From assembly GCA_965662335.1 (NCBI GenBank), contig CBFIGQ010000045.1, forward strand, positions 1,156-65,155: a DNA stretch of 64,000 nt, given 5' to 3'. Source of the DNA: Minisyncoccia bacterium. GTDB lineage: Bacteria > Patescibacteriota > Minisyncoccia > Phycocordibacterales > UBA9973. Under the pieces are notes generated by a model, which was not told the DNA's origin, made no database searches, and saw nothing but the letters and a program-made list of their open reading frames with translations. A program made the translations under genes and the position numbers. Of this stretch, positions 47,573-56,962 are shown one piece after another; position 1 is the first letter of the stretch; every line of letters starts with the position of its first letter.

Positions 47573-48448
47573 ATGTTTTATTGTAAAAATTGCAAAAAAG
47601 TATTAAGTCTTCGACAACAAATATCTCTTTCAAAAGAATGGAGGTTTGATACTATAGAAAATTTTTTTAAAGAAACCCAAGAGGTATATCCTGATCCGAT
47701 CAGGTGTTCTCATTGCAGTGAGATATTTGATAAATATGCTCTTACAGAAATTGGTATGTACCATCATTTCCCGCACAGAAAGCAGGGAACCGGTACCAAT
47801 TTTCATAGTATTTATAAGAAACGTGCAAATATATACCATCAATTTAGTCTCGCCGAAGACCAAGAGGGGTTGATTTTGCAGAAAATCATTGATCTTTCTG
47901 TTGGAGCAAATACTCTCCTCGATATTGGTTGTGGTACTGGTAAATATGTTAATCAGTTGAGCGAGGTTTTTAAAAAAATATATGCACTTGATAATTCTTC
48001 TGAACTCCTTACTTTCGCAAGGAAAAATAACAAAAAAATCTCCAATATAGAATATCTTCTTGCTGATGCCGCACATATACCGCTTCTTGATAAAAGCGTC
48101 GATGTAATAATATCGACGTGGGGTTCGTTTTCGCCCAACGAAACCGTTCATGAGATGAAACGTGTACTATCTGACAGTGGAATTATTATCCGTATCGGTA
48201 TAACTGCACTTGATGATCTTACTGAGTTTTTTGGTGAATTTGATAAGAAATATGTATCTGAAAATAACGACTATTTTGCATTGCTTGGATTTGCTACTGA
48301 ATATATGAAAATCAATGTTACCTTTGATACACTTGCAGAGGCAAAGCACGTGATTGCTGCCATAACTGGAAAGCCGATGAATACCATCACCCAAAAAACA
48401 CTCATCCACAAGGTTATAGTACAGACATACAAAAAGCCGACCAATTAA
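47573..48448 (+). CDS. class I SAM-dependent methyltransferase with N-terminal zinc ribbon
   Basis: CKNCKK...CSHCSE zinc ribbon and LLDIGCGTGKY motif I. Confidence 0.7.
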   Translation: MFYCKNCKKVLSLRQQISLSKEWRFDTIENFFKETQEVYPDPIRCSHCSEIFDKYALTEIGMYHHFPHRKQGTGTNFHSIYKKRANIYHQFSLAEDQEGLILQKIIDLSVGANTLLDIGCGTGKYVNQLSEVFKKIYALDNSSELLTFARKNNKKISNIEYLLADAAHIPLLDKSVDVIISTWGSFSPNETVHEMKRVLSDSGIIIRIGITALDDLTEFFGEFDKKYVSENNDYFALLGFATEYMKINVTFDTLAEAKHVIAAITGKPMNTITQKTLIHKVIVQTYKKPTN

Positions 48449-48461
48449 TCAATAGGTCGGC

Positions 48462-49295
48462 TTATACTCGCAACTCCTTTCTACTTGTTAAGAACCCTTT
48501 TGTCATTTTACCGATGTCTTCTTTGGTTATCTCTGAAATACTTTTCTTGGTATCAAGCCAAACACAGGGTAATCCTTTGAGGTGTATTTGCAGTGATGGC
48601 TCGATGGTTTTTGCCAATAACCCACACAGAAATGCCTGGCTGGAAACTCGATGTACAAAGTGGAGTGTAATATCCTTTTTTCCCCAAAGGTTGCTCAAAT
48701 AAACAAGCCCGTATGCCCATACTACCTGATGTTTGAGGCCAAAAACTTTTGTACCCAATTTGATTTTTATCGGTCCGCTCTCCTTGCTAATTTTATACCG
48801 TACTCCATTGTTTCGTTCTCTAAAACTAGTGAGATCATTCTTGACCCATTGTTGGTTTTCAGAAATAAAGGGAAGAGTATTATCCAAGGATAAGCTAAGA
48901 ACTTCAATTTCTTCTTCAAAAAGCGGCGTTTCGCAATATGTGCAAACGTGCTCCTGAACCCTTCGCTGGTTATACATGCGTATTCCTGATATTTCTTCAA
49001 ACATTTTGCAAGTACAGGTTGTGACTACTTGTGGGTGCACAGTAGTTTTAAGCGCAGGTACTCTATGTTGCAAATATAACAGAAACGATGGATCAGCGTC
49101 CTTGAAAAAACCGTCAAAAGGGGCAATTTTTTGTAAAACAAGAGTTTTATAGGCTTCTGATTCCGATGGATCGGCATTCATGGTAGTAAGTGACAAAATA
49201 CGAATTCCAGACGATTGTTGAATTGACAAAGGAGTAAATAAAGATTCTGCCGGGGCTTTGAGTTTTGGTTGGAGCGGAAGGCTTACATGTATCAT
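48462..49295 (-). CDS. hypothetical protein
   Basis: ORF track. Cys pairs (CTC, CTYC) hint at a zinc site. Confidence 0.35.
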   Translation of the reverse strand: MIHVSLPLQPKLKAPAESLFTPLSIQQSSGIRILSLTTMNADPSESEAYKTLVLQKIAPFDGFFKDADPSFLLYLQHRVPALKTTVHPQVVTTCTCKMFEEISGIRMYNQRRVQEHVCTYCETPLFEEEIEVLSLSLDNTLPFISENQQWVKNDLTSFRERNNGVRYKISKESGPIKIKLGTKVFGLKHQVVWAYGLVYLSNLWGKKDITLHFVHRVSSQAFLCGLLAKTIEPSLQIHLKGLPCVWLDTKKSISEITKEDIGKMTKGFLTSRKELRV

Positions 49296-49487
49296 TATTT
49301 AATTTTTTATTAAACAATATATTTAAATAATAAAATGTCAATAGCTGCCAGTCGAGATCTTTATACAAGAACAAATCACGAAGCGAGGCGAGGATAAATA
49401 TGTCGTATTTCGGGTTTCGTGGTATAGCTGAATGCATAATGCAACACGAACTCTTGATTGCAATACTCGCAGGGCTCGGTGAAAAGA

Positions 49488-49606
49488 CTTGAGCACGGCA
49501 TGCCGCCGACCTGCGGATTTGGATTTGGCGAGCGACTCTTTGCATTCCTTGTCGACAAGCCGCTTCGCGAAACACAGTTGTTTCCACTGCTAAAACCTAA
49601 GGAGTA
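49488..49606 (+). pseudogene. diverged duplicate of the last ~40 codons of lysS (island boundary/att remnant)
   Basis: Aligns to 44408-44527 at roughly 90% nt identity by eye. Encodes ...EHGMPPTCGFGFGERLFAFLVDKPLRETQLFPLLKPKE* with mostly synonymous differences. Confidence 0.7.
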
Positions 49607-49656
49607 GTATTGACTAAAAAAATATTTCATGGTATTGTTTCAAAAAAATAAGAACC

Positions 49657-50265
49657 ATGAAATGTGTAATCTTGTGTACTCTTTTTGCGCTTTTTGGAGC
49701 GACTGTAACAGGTCAGAGATTGTATTCTATTACTGAACACCAGATGCTGTACAAAGGTGAATACTATCTCACCAACTACACGTCCTATAAGCTCACAGAC
49801 CGCTTTGGAATATCCATAGATGTGGGTAAATACCCTGGCTACCTTGACGCGGGGGCGGGTGTAGTATTTGCAAGTAATTCTGATGTGCATCCCAAATTTT
49901 ATTGGGAAGCAGGTATGGGGCTGGGCACTACTTTTTCATCCACTAAAGGAGAAAAAAATACGTACTACTCACAGCTTTATATCTGGATGGAAAATCTTCC
50001 CGATCAACAGCTTGCTGAGGGTAAGGTATGTATTCAGCTCAACCCTGCATATGCCTTCGGGTCAGATGATCCTTGGTGGATGCAGCACTATATCGTGTAT
50101 AGCATTACTAAAAACATTGCGATCGGAGCGCACTATCAGGCCCATAGCGCCTCAGGCGTGCGTGCTGAGTTCAATCTCAGACTCGCAGAAGGGGTAGTGC
50201 TTCGCACGTATGGGGTTATGGGTACATCCGGACTTATTGGAGTATCTTTTATAGTATTAAGGTAA
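49657..50265 (+). CDS. hypothetical secreted protein
   Basis: N-terminal signal peptide. Tyr/Gly-rich, possibly a beta-barrel-like protein. Confidence 0.35.
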   Translation: MKCVILCTLFALFGATVTGQRLYSITEHQMLYKGEYYLTNYTSYKLTDRFGISIDVGKYPGYLDAGAGVVFASNSDVHPKFYWEAGMGLGTTFSSTKGEKNTYYSQLYIWMENLPDQQLAEGKVCIQLNPAYAFGSDDPWWMQHYIVYSITKNIAIGAHYQAHSASGVRAEFNLRLAEGVVLRTYGVMGTSGLIGVSFIVLR

Positions 50266-50281
50266 GTATTTAGTCATTTCG

Positions 50282-50308
50282 ACCGGCATTCGTGCCGGTT
50301 GTTTTTTT
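50282..50308 (+). terminator. rho-independent terminator (accggca-UUCG-tgccggt + T8)
   Basis: Read directly. The UUCG tetraloop hairpin overlaps the track start of the next ORF. Confidence 0.65.
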
Positions 50309-50333
50309 TATGTATATGTGGTCAAATAACGGA

Positions 50334-50729
50334 ATGGAAACAACTACGTTCGGTGAGCACCTTATGCTTGATTGTTATGGTGCAAACAAGGAACTTCTAA
50401 ACTCCCGTGAGCTCGTAGAAAAAGTGCTGCGCGAACTTCCGTCAGAACTCGGCATGCATCTTTTATCAAAGCCTGAGGTGTACTTTGCAGAGGATAATGG
50501 CAAAAAGGACCCGGGTGGGTGGAGTGGCTTTGTGGTCATCATGGAAAGTCATTTGAGTATTCATACGTTTGTAGGTCGAGAATTCCTAAGCGCAGATATC
50601 TATACCTGTAAAAATGGCATGGATATTGAATATATTATCGAATATTTCAGAAACGCATTTCAAGCAAAAGACATAGAAGTAAATTTTGTGAAGCGTGGAA
50701 CGAGATATCCTTTAGCAGATATTGAGTAA
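50334..50729 (+). CDS. speH: S-adenosylmethionine decarboxylase proenzyme (small, SpeH-type)
   Basis: ...LLMLDCYGAN... and the self-processing ESHLSIHTF motif (cleavage between E and S gives the pyruvoyl group). Start moved to METTTF downstream of the terminator. Confidence 0.6.
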   Translation: METTTFGEHLMLDCYGANKELLNSRELVEKVLRELPSELGMHLLSKPEVYFAEDNGKKDPGGWSGFVVIMESHLSIHTFVGREFLSADIYTCKNGMDIEYIIEYFRNAFQAKDIEVNFVKRGTRYPLADIE

Positions 50730-50734
50730 GTAGT

Positions 50735-51667
50735 ATGTGGATTTTTTTAACATTTATTTCCGTATTTCTGTGGTCACTTGTAAATATTTCCGACCATTAC
50801 CTAACTGAAAAAAATAAGGCAATAGGCCACCCTGTGGGAGCACTGGTTATATTTTCAAGCGTCTTTGCAATCATTGTTTCCGCGCTTGTGTACGTCTTTC
50901 TAGGAAACAGCGTTGCTATCTCCTGGCATAGTCTTTGGATAGTACTTATCGCCGGTGTATGCAACCTGTTGTGGATCGTATTTTATCTTAATGCACTTGC
51001 AGATGAGGAGGTGTCATATGTTATCCCATGGTTTCTAACTGTGCCACTCTTTGGGTACTTGTTCGGGTATCTTTTTTTAGGAGAGACACTTACTACAATG
51101 CAGATTATTGGCGGACTTATTGTCATCATTGGAGGGCTCATATTCTCTGTAAAAAAGGACAAGGACGAAAACGGGGAAACGCTCGGTACCTACTCAGTCA
51201 AATGGAAGCTGATTGGGCTAATGGTCGTTTCTTCGCTATTGATTGCGCTTTGGATCACATTGTTTAAGTTTGTTGCAGAGGCAACAAGCTTTTGGCAGGC
51301 AACGTTTTGGGAGCATATCGGTCTGTTCATTGCAGGACTGATGGTACTCATTTTTATAAAAAGTTACCGAGATGGATTTATGGGCATGTTGCGAAAGGGA
51401 GGAAGACAGACGCTTGCTATTAACGCCTTCTCAGAAACTGCAACTATTGTTGGAAACCTGATTGCAAACTATGCTGTGCTCGCTGTTCCTGTAGCTCTCA
51501 TACTTGTACTTGAGGTAGCGCAACCTGTTATTGTGTTTCTTCTTGGTATTGTGACAACCTTATATTTCCCGCATATTCTAAAAGAAGATATTTCAAGGCC
51601 GACAATACTCTATAAATCGTTGTGCCTTGTCATAATGGTCATCGGAGCAATCCTGATGGCATACTAA
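50735..51667 (+). CDS. EamA/DMT-family transporter
   Basis: About 10 TM helices arranged as two EamA-like repeats. Confidence 0.6.
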   Translation: MWIFLTFISVFLWSLVNISDHYLTEKNKAIGHPVGALVIFSSVFAIIVSALVYVFLGNSVAISWHSLWIVLIAGVCNLLWIVFYLNALADEEVSYVIPWFLTVPLFGYLFGYLFLGETLTTMQIIGGLIVIIGGLIFSVKKDKDENGETLGTYSVKWKLIGLMVVSSLLIALWITLFKFVAEATSFWQATFWEHIGLFIAGLMVLIFIKSYRDGFMGMLRKGGRQTLAINAFSETATIVGNLIANYAVLAVPVALILVLEVAQPVIVFLLGIVTTLYFPHILKEDISRPTILYKSLCLVIMVIGAILMAY

Positions 51668-51702
51668 GAACTCTTTTTTGTGCTATATTCTTTAGACCGT
51701 TT

Positions 51703-52632
51703 ATGATTCCAACATTTCCAGAATTTAAGCCTCTTGAACTCAGTGATCGCGATGAGGTACGCCAGCTTACCGGGCAATATCCCCCTTATTCTGATTTCAA
51801 CTTTATTTCAATGTGGTCGTGGGATATTAAGGGAGAAATGCGATTGTCGATGCTCTATGGCAATCTCGTTGTACGATTTAACGACTATCTGACGGGCCAA
51901 CCATTCTATTCATTCATCGGTACCACAAACGTAAATGAAACTGCTACTACACTTCTTGAGTACTGCAAGGCACATGATATACAGGCAAAACTATGTCTCG
52001 TACCAGAGGTCAGTGCGAGTCTACTTGATACCAATACGTTCTCGATAGAAGAGGAGCGCGATCATTTTGATTATATATACGAAGTCGAAAAGGTTAAAAC
52101 CTACGAGGGTGGTACGCATAAAAGCCATCGCAAGTCAGTTCGTTATTTTGAGCAAAACCACACCTACGAACAAAAAATACTCGATATCACACAAGAAGAA
52201 AATCAGGAGCGACTCATTGCTCTAGTACAGCTTTGGATAAAAAATAAATCTGAAAAAAACCTTGCGGCAAATGAACTCGATGATTTTTTTAACGAATACC
52301 TTGCTCTAAAACGTATCTTTTCTGCCCCGAAGGAGCTTTTAGATTCTGTCATTTGTTTCAGTGTCTTTGTTGATGGAGAGCTCAGCGGCTTTATGATAGA
52401 TGAGCGTGTTGCAGACAAGTACTGTATCTCACACTTTGGTAAAACAAATATTGCACACAAAGGCGCCATGCAATTTTTGATGAAAACAAGCACAAACAAT
52501 TTCTTTGATCTTGGAGTGCATTATTATAATGATGAGCAAGACCTCGGATTGCCAAGTCTTCGGAGAACCAAAAGCTCGTACCATTTGGCACACTTTTTGA
52601 GAAAGTACAGTGTTTCTTTTAAAAATGGATAG
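51703..52632 (+). CDS. DUF2156 (MprF/LPG-synthase C-terminal-like) domain protein
   Basis: N-terminal ...LELSDRDEVRQLTGQYPPYSDFNFISMWSW matches the hallmark start of the aminoacyl-PG synthase C-domain family. Start moved to Met 51703 to avoid overlap with the transporter. Confidence 0.45.
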   Translation: MIPTFPEFKPLELSDRDEVRQLTGQYPPYSDFNFISMWSWDIKGEMRLSMLYGNLVVRFNDYLTGQPFYSFIGTTNVNETATTLLEYCKAHDIQAKLCLVPEVSASLLDTNTFSIEEERDHFDYIYEVEKVKTYEGGTHKSHRKSVRYFEQNHTYEQKILDITQEENQERLIALVQLWIKNKSEKNLAANELDDFFNEYLALKRIFSAPKELLDSVICFSVFVDGELSGFMIDERVADKYCISHFGKTNIAHKGAMQFLMKTSTNNFFDLGVHYYNDEQDLGLPSLRRTKSSYHLAHFLRKYSVSFKNG

Positions 52633-52648
52633 TATATACTTTTAGTAT

Positions 52649-53470
52649 ATGGAAGAAGCAAAGGCAACGCTGGCTCATAAATTTATCATTATTCCAACAA
52701 TTTTATTTATCTTCTTTACTGGATGGTTTTTATATCTGCATGTAGTACATGCAGATCCTGAGAGTACTAGTGCGCAGGTATGGGCAGCTTCGTATCAAAT
52801 TGTCGCGCTTGTAGGTGCGTTTTATGGATTGTATTACTCAAGAATTTGGGGTGGATGGAAAAGCGTACTTGGCCGTGCAAATATAATGTTTGCTATTGGA
52901 CTATTTCTACAGGCATTTGGACAATCAGTATTTAGTTACTTCTTTTATATAGGAGTTGAGGCTCCGTACCCATCTTTGGCCGATGCTGGCTTCTTTGGAA
53001 GTATATTCTTTTATATCTATGCAATAGTGCTTCTATCACGTGCTATGGGTGTACATGATTCATTAAAATCATTTTCAAAAAAGGTAGTGTATCTACTGCT
53101 TCCGATTGCCTTACTCATTATGACCTATGTTCTATTTCTTAAGGACTACAGCGTGGATCCATCTTCGCCACTGACCACATTCCTTGATTTTGGATATCCG
53201 ATTGGTCAGGTTATCTACGTAGCACTTGCGGTATCTGCGTATATTAGCTCACGAAACTTTCTTGGTGGTGTCATGAGGAAGCCAATTGTACTTTTTATTG
53301 CGGCGCTCGTAGTTCAATATGTTGCTGATTTTGTCTTTTTGCTACAGACCAGTAACGGTACCTATACGGGCAGTCAAAATGTTGATTACATTTACTTCCT
53401 TGCATACTTCCTAATGACTATTAGCTTGATTCGTCTCGGATCTGTATTTTATAAAATTCGAAACGCATAA
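52649..53470 (+). CDS. polytopic membrane protein, candidate detached sensor module
   Basis: 7-8 TM helices. Sits directly upstream of a TM-less histidine kinase. Confidence 0.4.
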   Translation: MEEAKATLAHKFIIIPTILFIFFTGWFLYLHVVHADPESTSAQVWAASYQIVALVGAFYGLYYSRIWGGWKSVLGRANIMFAIGLFLQAFGQSVFSYFFYIGVEAPYPSLADAGFFGSIFFYIYAIVLLSRAMGVHDSLKSFSKKVVYLLLPIALLIMTYVLFLKDYSVDPSSPLTTFLDFGYPIGQVIYVALAVSAYISSRNFLGGVMRKPIVLFIAALVVQYVADFVFLLQTSNGTYTGSQNVDYIYFLAYFLMTISLIRLGSVFYKIRNA

Positions 53471-53485
53471 CCGCAGAGTTAGTAT

Positions 53486-53767
53486 ATGGATATCTTTACT
53501 CAAATTATCACACGAATAATCAAAGAGCAGGAACTCATCATCGGTCCGCTTGCATGGATTGAGGCAAACAAAGTCGAGGGGCTTGAGGTGCATGAGCAAG
53601 GTGTTATTACCATCTCGCCACAAACACGACCGCAAAAAGTTGTGGATGATCTTGTCGCGCAGTACGAAAGACTTTTTGGAAAGGCGTCTCACCAGGTATG
53701 CAAAAATGCAGTAATTGCACTCATTAGTCAGCTTACCCCCGAAGAGCTTCCTGCAAGTCTTGCCTAA
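53486..53767 (+). CDS. small hypothetical protein (a paralogous remnant lies at 45956-46099)
   Basis: ORF track. Lies between the membrane protein and the HK. Confidence 0.35.
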   Translation: MDIFTQIITRIIKEQELIIGPLAWIEANKVEGLEVHEQGVITISPQTRPQKVVDDLVAQYERLFGKASHQVCKNAVIALISQLTPEELPASLA

Positions 53768-53772
53768 GCCTT

Positions 53773-54627
53773 ATGTCTAGCGATCCCTCCTCAGATGAAT
53801 TTCAGAAAGCAACCGAAGAGCTCTACAAGCAAAACTTGGAGGTTGTTAAGCTTAATAAGCGACTAGGAGATCTAACTCATCAGCTTGAGAAATCAAACAT
53901 CGACCTTGCCGATGCCAATGAAAAATTGAAAAGTGTGGACAAACTCAAAACCGAGTTTCTTTCACTTGCATCTCACCAGCTTCGTAGTCCTCTCACTGCG
54001 ATCAAGGGGTACTCGTCAATGCTTATCGAGGGATCTTTTGGAGAAATGCCCGAAAAAATAGCTGAGCCAGTAAAGCGTATTTATACTTCTGCGCAAGGCT
54101 TGGTCAGTATTGTCGAGGACCTGCTCAATGTCTCAAAAATAGAGCAGGGAGGAATGAAATATGAAATGTCTGAGGTTGACCTCGCGCCACTCGTAAAAAC
54201 GTTATTTGCAGAAATGCAGATTCCAGCGCAAAACAAAAAAATTAATTTTACTATGCACGTTGCAGAAAATGAAAAATTTATGACTCTCGCCGATGCTGTG
54301 AAAATCAAACAGGTACTCCTCAATCTCACTGATAACAGTATCAAATACACCCCGGAAGGCGGAACGGTAGATATATCACTAACTCGTGTTGACGGTACTA
54401 TAGAGTTTGCGGTCAAAGACAATGGTGTAGGTATTTCACCAGAAACAAAGGCAAAACTATTTGAAAAGTTCTCACGAGGTGAGGGCGGCAAGATGAATAC
54501 TGGAGGATCAGGGCTTGGGCTCTATCTTGCAAAGCAGATAGCACTCGCGCATAAAGGCGACATCGTCATTGAAAGTGAAGGATTGGGCAAGGGATCAGTC
54601 TTTAAGGTAGTATTGCCGTCACTGTAG
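53773..54627 (+). CDS. sensor histidine kinase (cytoplasmic HisKA + HATPase_c)
   Basis: H-box LASHQLRSPL, N-box LTDNSIKYT, and G-boxes DNGVGI and GGSGLGL. No TM segment and no adjacent response regulator. Confidence 0.8.
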   Translation: MSSDPSSDEFQKATEELYKQNLEVVKLNKRLGDLTHQLEKSNIDLADANEKLKSVDKLKTEFLSLASHQLRSPLTAIKGYSSMLIEGSFGEMPEKIAEPVKRIYTSAQGLVSIVEDLLNVSKIEQGGMKYEMSEVDLAPLVKTLFAEMQIPAQNKKINFTMHVAENEKFMTLADAVKIKQVLLNLTDNSIKYTPEGGTVDISLTRVDGTIEFAVKDNGVGISPETKAKLFEKFSRGEGGKMNTGGSGLGLYLAKQIALAHKGDIVIESEGLGKGSVFKVVLPSL

Positions 54628-56007
54628 CTCGGTACCGTTTGGAGTATCGAGTACCTCGTAGCCAAGCGCTTCGAGATTTTTGCGGAGCTCATCTGATGCG
54701 GCATAGTCCTTTATCGCTCGGGCTGCATCGCGCTTTTTTACAAGCGCTTGTGCCTCATGGGTAATAATGAATTTTGGTAAAACAGCAAGATCAAGACCGA
54801 ACACTTCATCAAATTTTAGGAGTGTCGCCCATTTGTCTGCATCATCCAGTGTAGCGTCGCCCATGAGCTCCCAGAGCACTGCGAGTGCACGAGCAGTGTT
54901 GAGATCGTCTGATAGCGCATCTGTAAACTGATCTATATAGAGAGAGGATACTGTGCCTATAGTTTCTTGGTGTGAAGCAAATTTTTGAAGCTTTTTGAGC
55001 TGGAGGTCTGCGGCATGGAGCGCCTCCCAGGTGAAGTTGAGCGGCTTACGATAACTAGTCTGCATTGCAACCAAACGCATAGCAACTGGGTCTATGTTGC
55101 GAGCCAAAATATCATCAAGCGTAACAAAGTTTTCCTTACTCTTACTCATCTTTTCACCATTAATAAGTAGCATTTCGTGATGGACCCAATATCTTACAAA
55201 TTCATGACCTGTTGCACACTCACTCTGGGCTATCTCATTTTCATGGTGAACAGGAATATGTTCAATACCTCCGGTGTGAATATCGATGGTCTCTCCAAGA
55301 TATTGCATCGACATTGCAGAACACTCAATATGCCATCCGGGAAACCCGTCACCCCACGGACTTGGCCAATACATAGTATGAGTTTCAAATTTTCCAATTC
55401 GTTTAAACCAAAGTGAAAAATCTGCAGGATTGCGTTTATCAGTATCAATCACAATCTCACCTCGAACAGCAACCTCTTTATCTTCTTGTTTTTGGCGAGA
55501 TAATTTCCCGTACTCAGAATCTTTGGACACATCAAAATAAATAGCATGGGTAGTTTCGTACGCATACCCCTTTTGTAGAAGTTTCTCAACCAATTCAATC
55601 ATTGCTGGAATGTGTTCCGTTGCTTTTGTTTCGTGCGTGGGCGGCAGTACATTGATTGCACTCATTGTATTGTGAAAATAGTCAGTATAAAACTTTGCTA
55701 TTTCCCATGCTGTTTTCCCCTCGCGTACTGCATTTTTTTCAAGTTTATCTTCGCCATTGTCACCATCGTCAGTGAGGTGTCCTACGTCCGTAATGTTCAT
55801 AACATGATTTACGCTATATCCGAAAAGTGTAAGCGTTCTACGCAAAATATCGTCACCAATATATTTTTTCATATGACCAAGATGGGTGTAATTGTTGACT
55901 GTAATACCACACGCATACATAGTCACCGTTGGCGGGTGTAGTGGCGTGAATTCCTCTATTGAGCGGGTGAGTGTATTGTAGAGCCGGAGTCCCATACCTA
56001 TATCCAT
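54619..56007 (-). CDS. cysS: cysteine--tRNA ligase
   Basis: HIGH-region HLGH and KMSKS. Confidence 0.9.
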   Translation of the reverse strand: MDIGMGLRLYNTLTRSIEEFTPLHPPTVTMYACGITVNNYTHLGHMKKYIGDDILRRTLTLFGYSVNHVMNITDVGHLTDDGDNGEDKLEKNAVREGKTAWEIAKFYTDYFHNTMSAINVLPPTHETKATEHIPAMIELVEKLLQKGYAYETTHAIYFDVSKDSEYGKLSRQKQEDKEVAVRGEIVIDTDKRNPADFSLWFKRIGKFETHTMYWPSPWGDGFPGWHIECSAMSMQYLGETIDIHTGGIEHIPVHHENEIAQSECATGHEFVRYWVHHEMLLINGEKMSKSKENFVTLDDILARNIDPVAMRLVAMQTSYRKPLNFTWEALHAADLQLKKLQKFASHQETIGTVSSLYIDQFTDALSDDLNTARALAVLWELMGDATLDDADKWATLLKFDEVFGLDLAVLPKFIITHEAQALVKKRDAARAIKDYAASDELRKNLEALGYEVLDTPNGTELQ

Positions 56008-56942
56008 CGTCTAATCTTGAAAAATAAGAATAGCACAAGCCCTGTGATAGTCATTGCCCCTATTACAAAGAAAAAGTCAGACATACTTTTTATAAAGAGG
56101 ATGCCAGGCGCCATGTTCATACCAAAGACTCCCGTGATGAGCGTGAGCGGAAGCATGACAAATGTCATGATAGTGAAGTTTTTCATGATTTCGTTACTCG
56201 TGGTAGAGAGGAGAGTGTCATTGGTGCGCTGGAGTTCTGCGAGGACATCGCGCAAACTCTCAAGCATTGAGCCAACCTTTCTGTACTCGTTGCCGACCAT
56301 TTCGCCGTAGTAAGTGTATTCATCTCCAAATAGGCGCTTGCTCGCTGAGAGGTATGATGAAAGCACTTCTCCATGAAATCGCACTGACTGTTTGAAGTCG
56401 AGGAGCTGGTGAGATATCTTGGAGAGCTCTCGCACAACTGACGAAGGATGCTTGGTGGCAAAGATGGTGCTTTCTATTTTCTTGAGGTCTTTGGTGAGGC
56501 CTTCGAGTTGGTGAAAACAATTGTGGTAAAGCAGCTTTGTAAGCTGCATAAAGAGAAACGTGCCATGACTAGTCATTGCGGTTTGGTTGGCGAGTGCATT
56601 GTTTTCAAACAGTTTCGCAAATGAGTGGAGTGCCTCTATCTTTTCATACCGTACGGTCACCAGGAACTTTTCTCCAACAATAAAGTCTACCTCATGCTCT
56701 GTGGCGACCGGCACATTTGTCCCGATGATGGGGAAGTGGAGGACGAGGTACAAAAAGTCGTTGTATAAATCAACTTTTGAGCGGACCGTATGATCGATCA
56801 GTTCATGACTGACAAGGCTTGGAATGCCAAATTCCTCTGAGATATGGAGGGTTTCGTCTGCGGTAGGGTTCTCTAGGTCTATCCAGGTGAGGCCATTGGC
56901 TGCAAAGCGAGTTATCATGGCCTTAGTGTACCATGCTTGCAA
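55998..56942 (-). CDS. corA: magnesium transporter CorA
   Basis: GVFGMNM (GMN) motif and two C-terminal TM helices. Confidence 0.85.
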   Translation of the reverse strand: MQAWYTKAMITRFAANGLTWIDLENPTADETLHISEEFGIPSLVSHELIDHTVRSKVDLYNDFLYLVLHFPIIGTNVPVATEHEVDFIVGEKFLVTVRYEKIEALHSFAKLFENNALANQTAMTSHGTFLFMQLTKLLYHNCFHQLEGLTKDLKKIESTIFATKHPSSVVRELSKISHQLLDFKQSVRFHGEVLSSYLSASKRLFGDEYTYYGEMVGNEYRKVGSMLESLRDVLAELQRTNDTLLSTTSNEIMKNFTIMTFVMLPLTLITGVFGMNMAPGILFIKSMSDFFFVIGAMTITGLVLFLFFKIRRWI

Positions 56943-56962
56943 ATACGCCGTAAATAAGTATA

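Noticed and set aside
50292-50333. Track start of speH at 50292
   Set aside because: It begins inside the UUCG terminator hairpin. METTTF at 50334 gives the expected AdoMetDC length.
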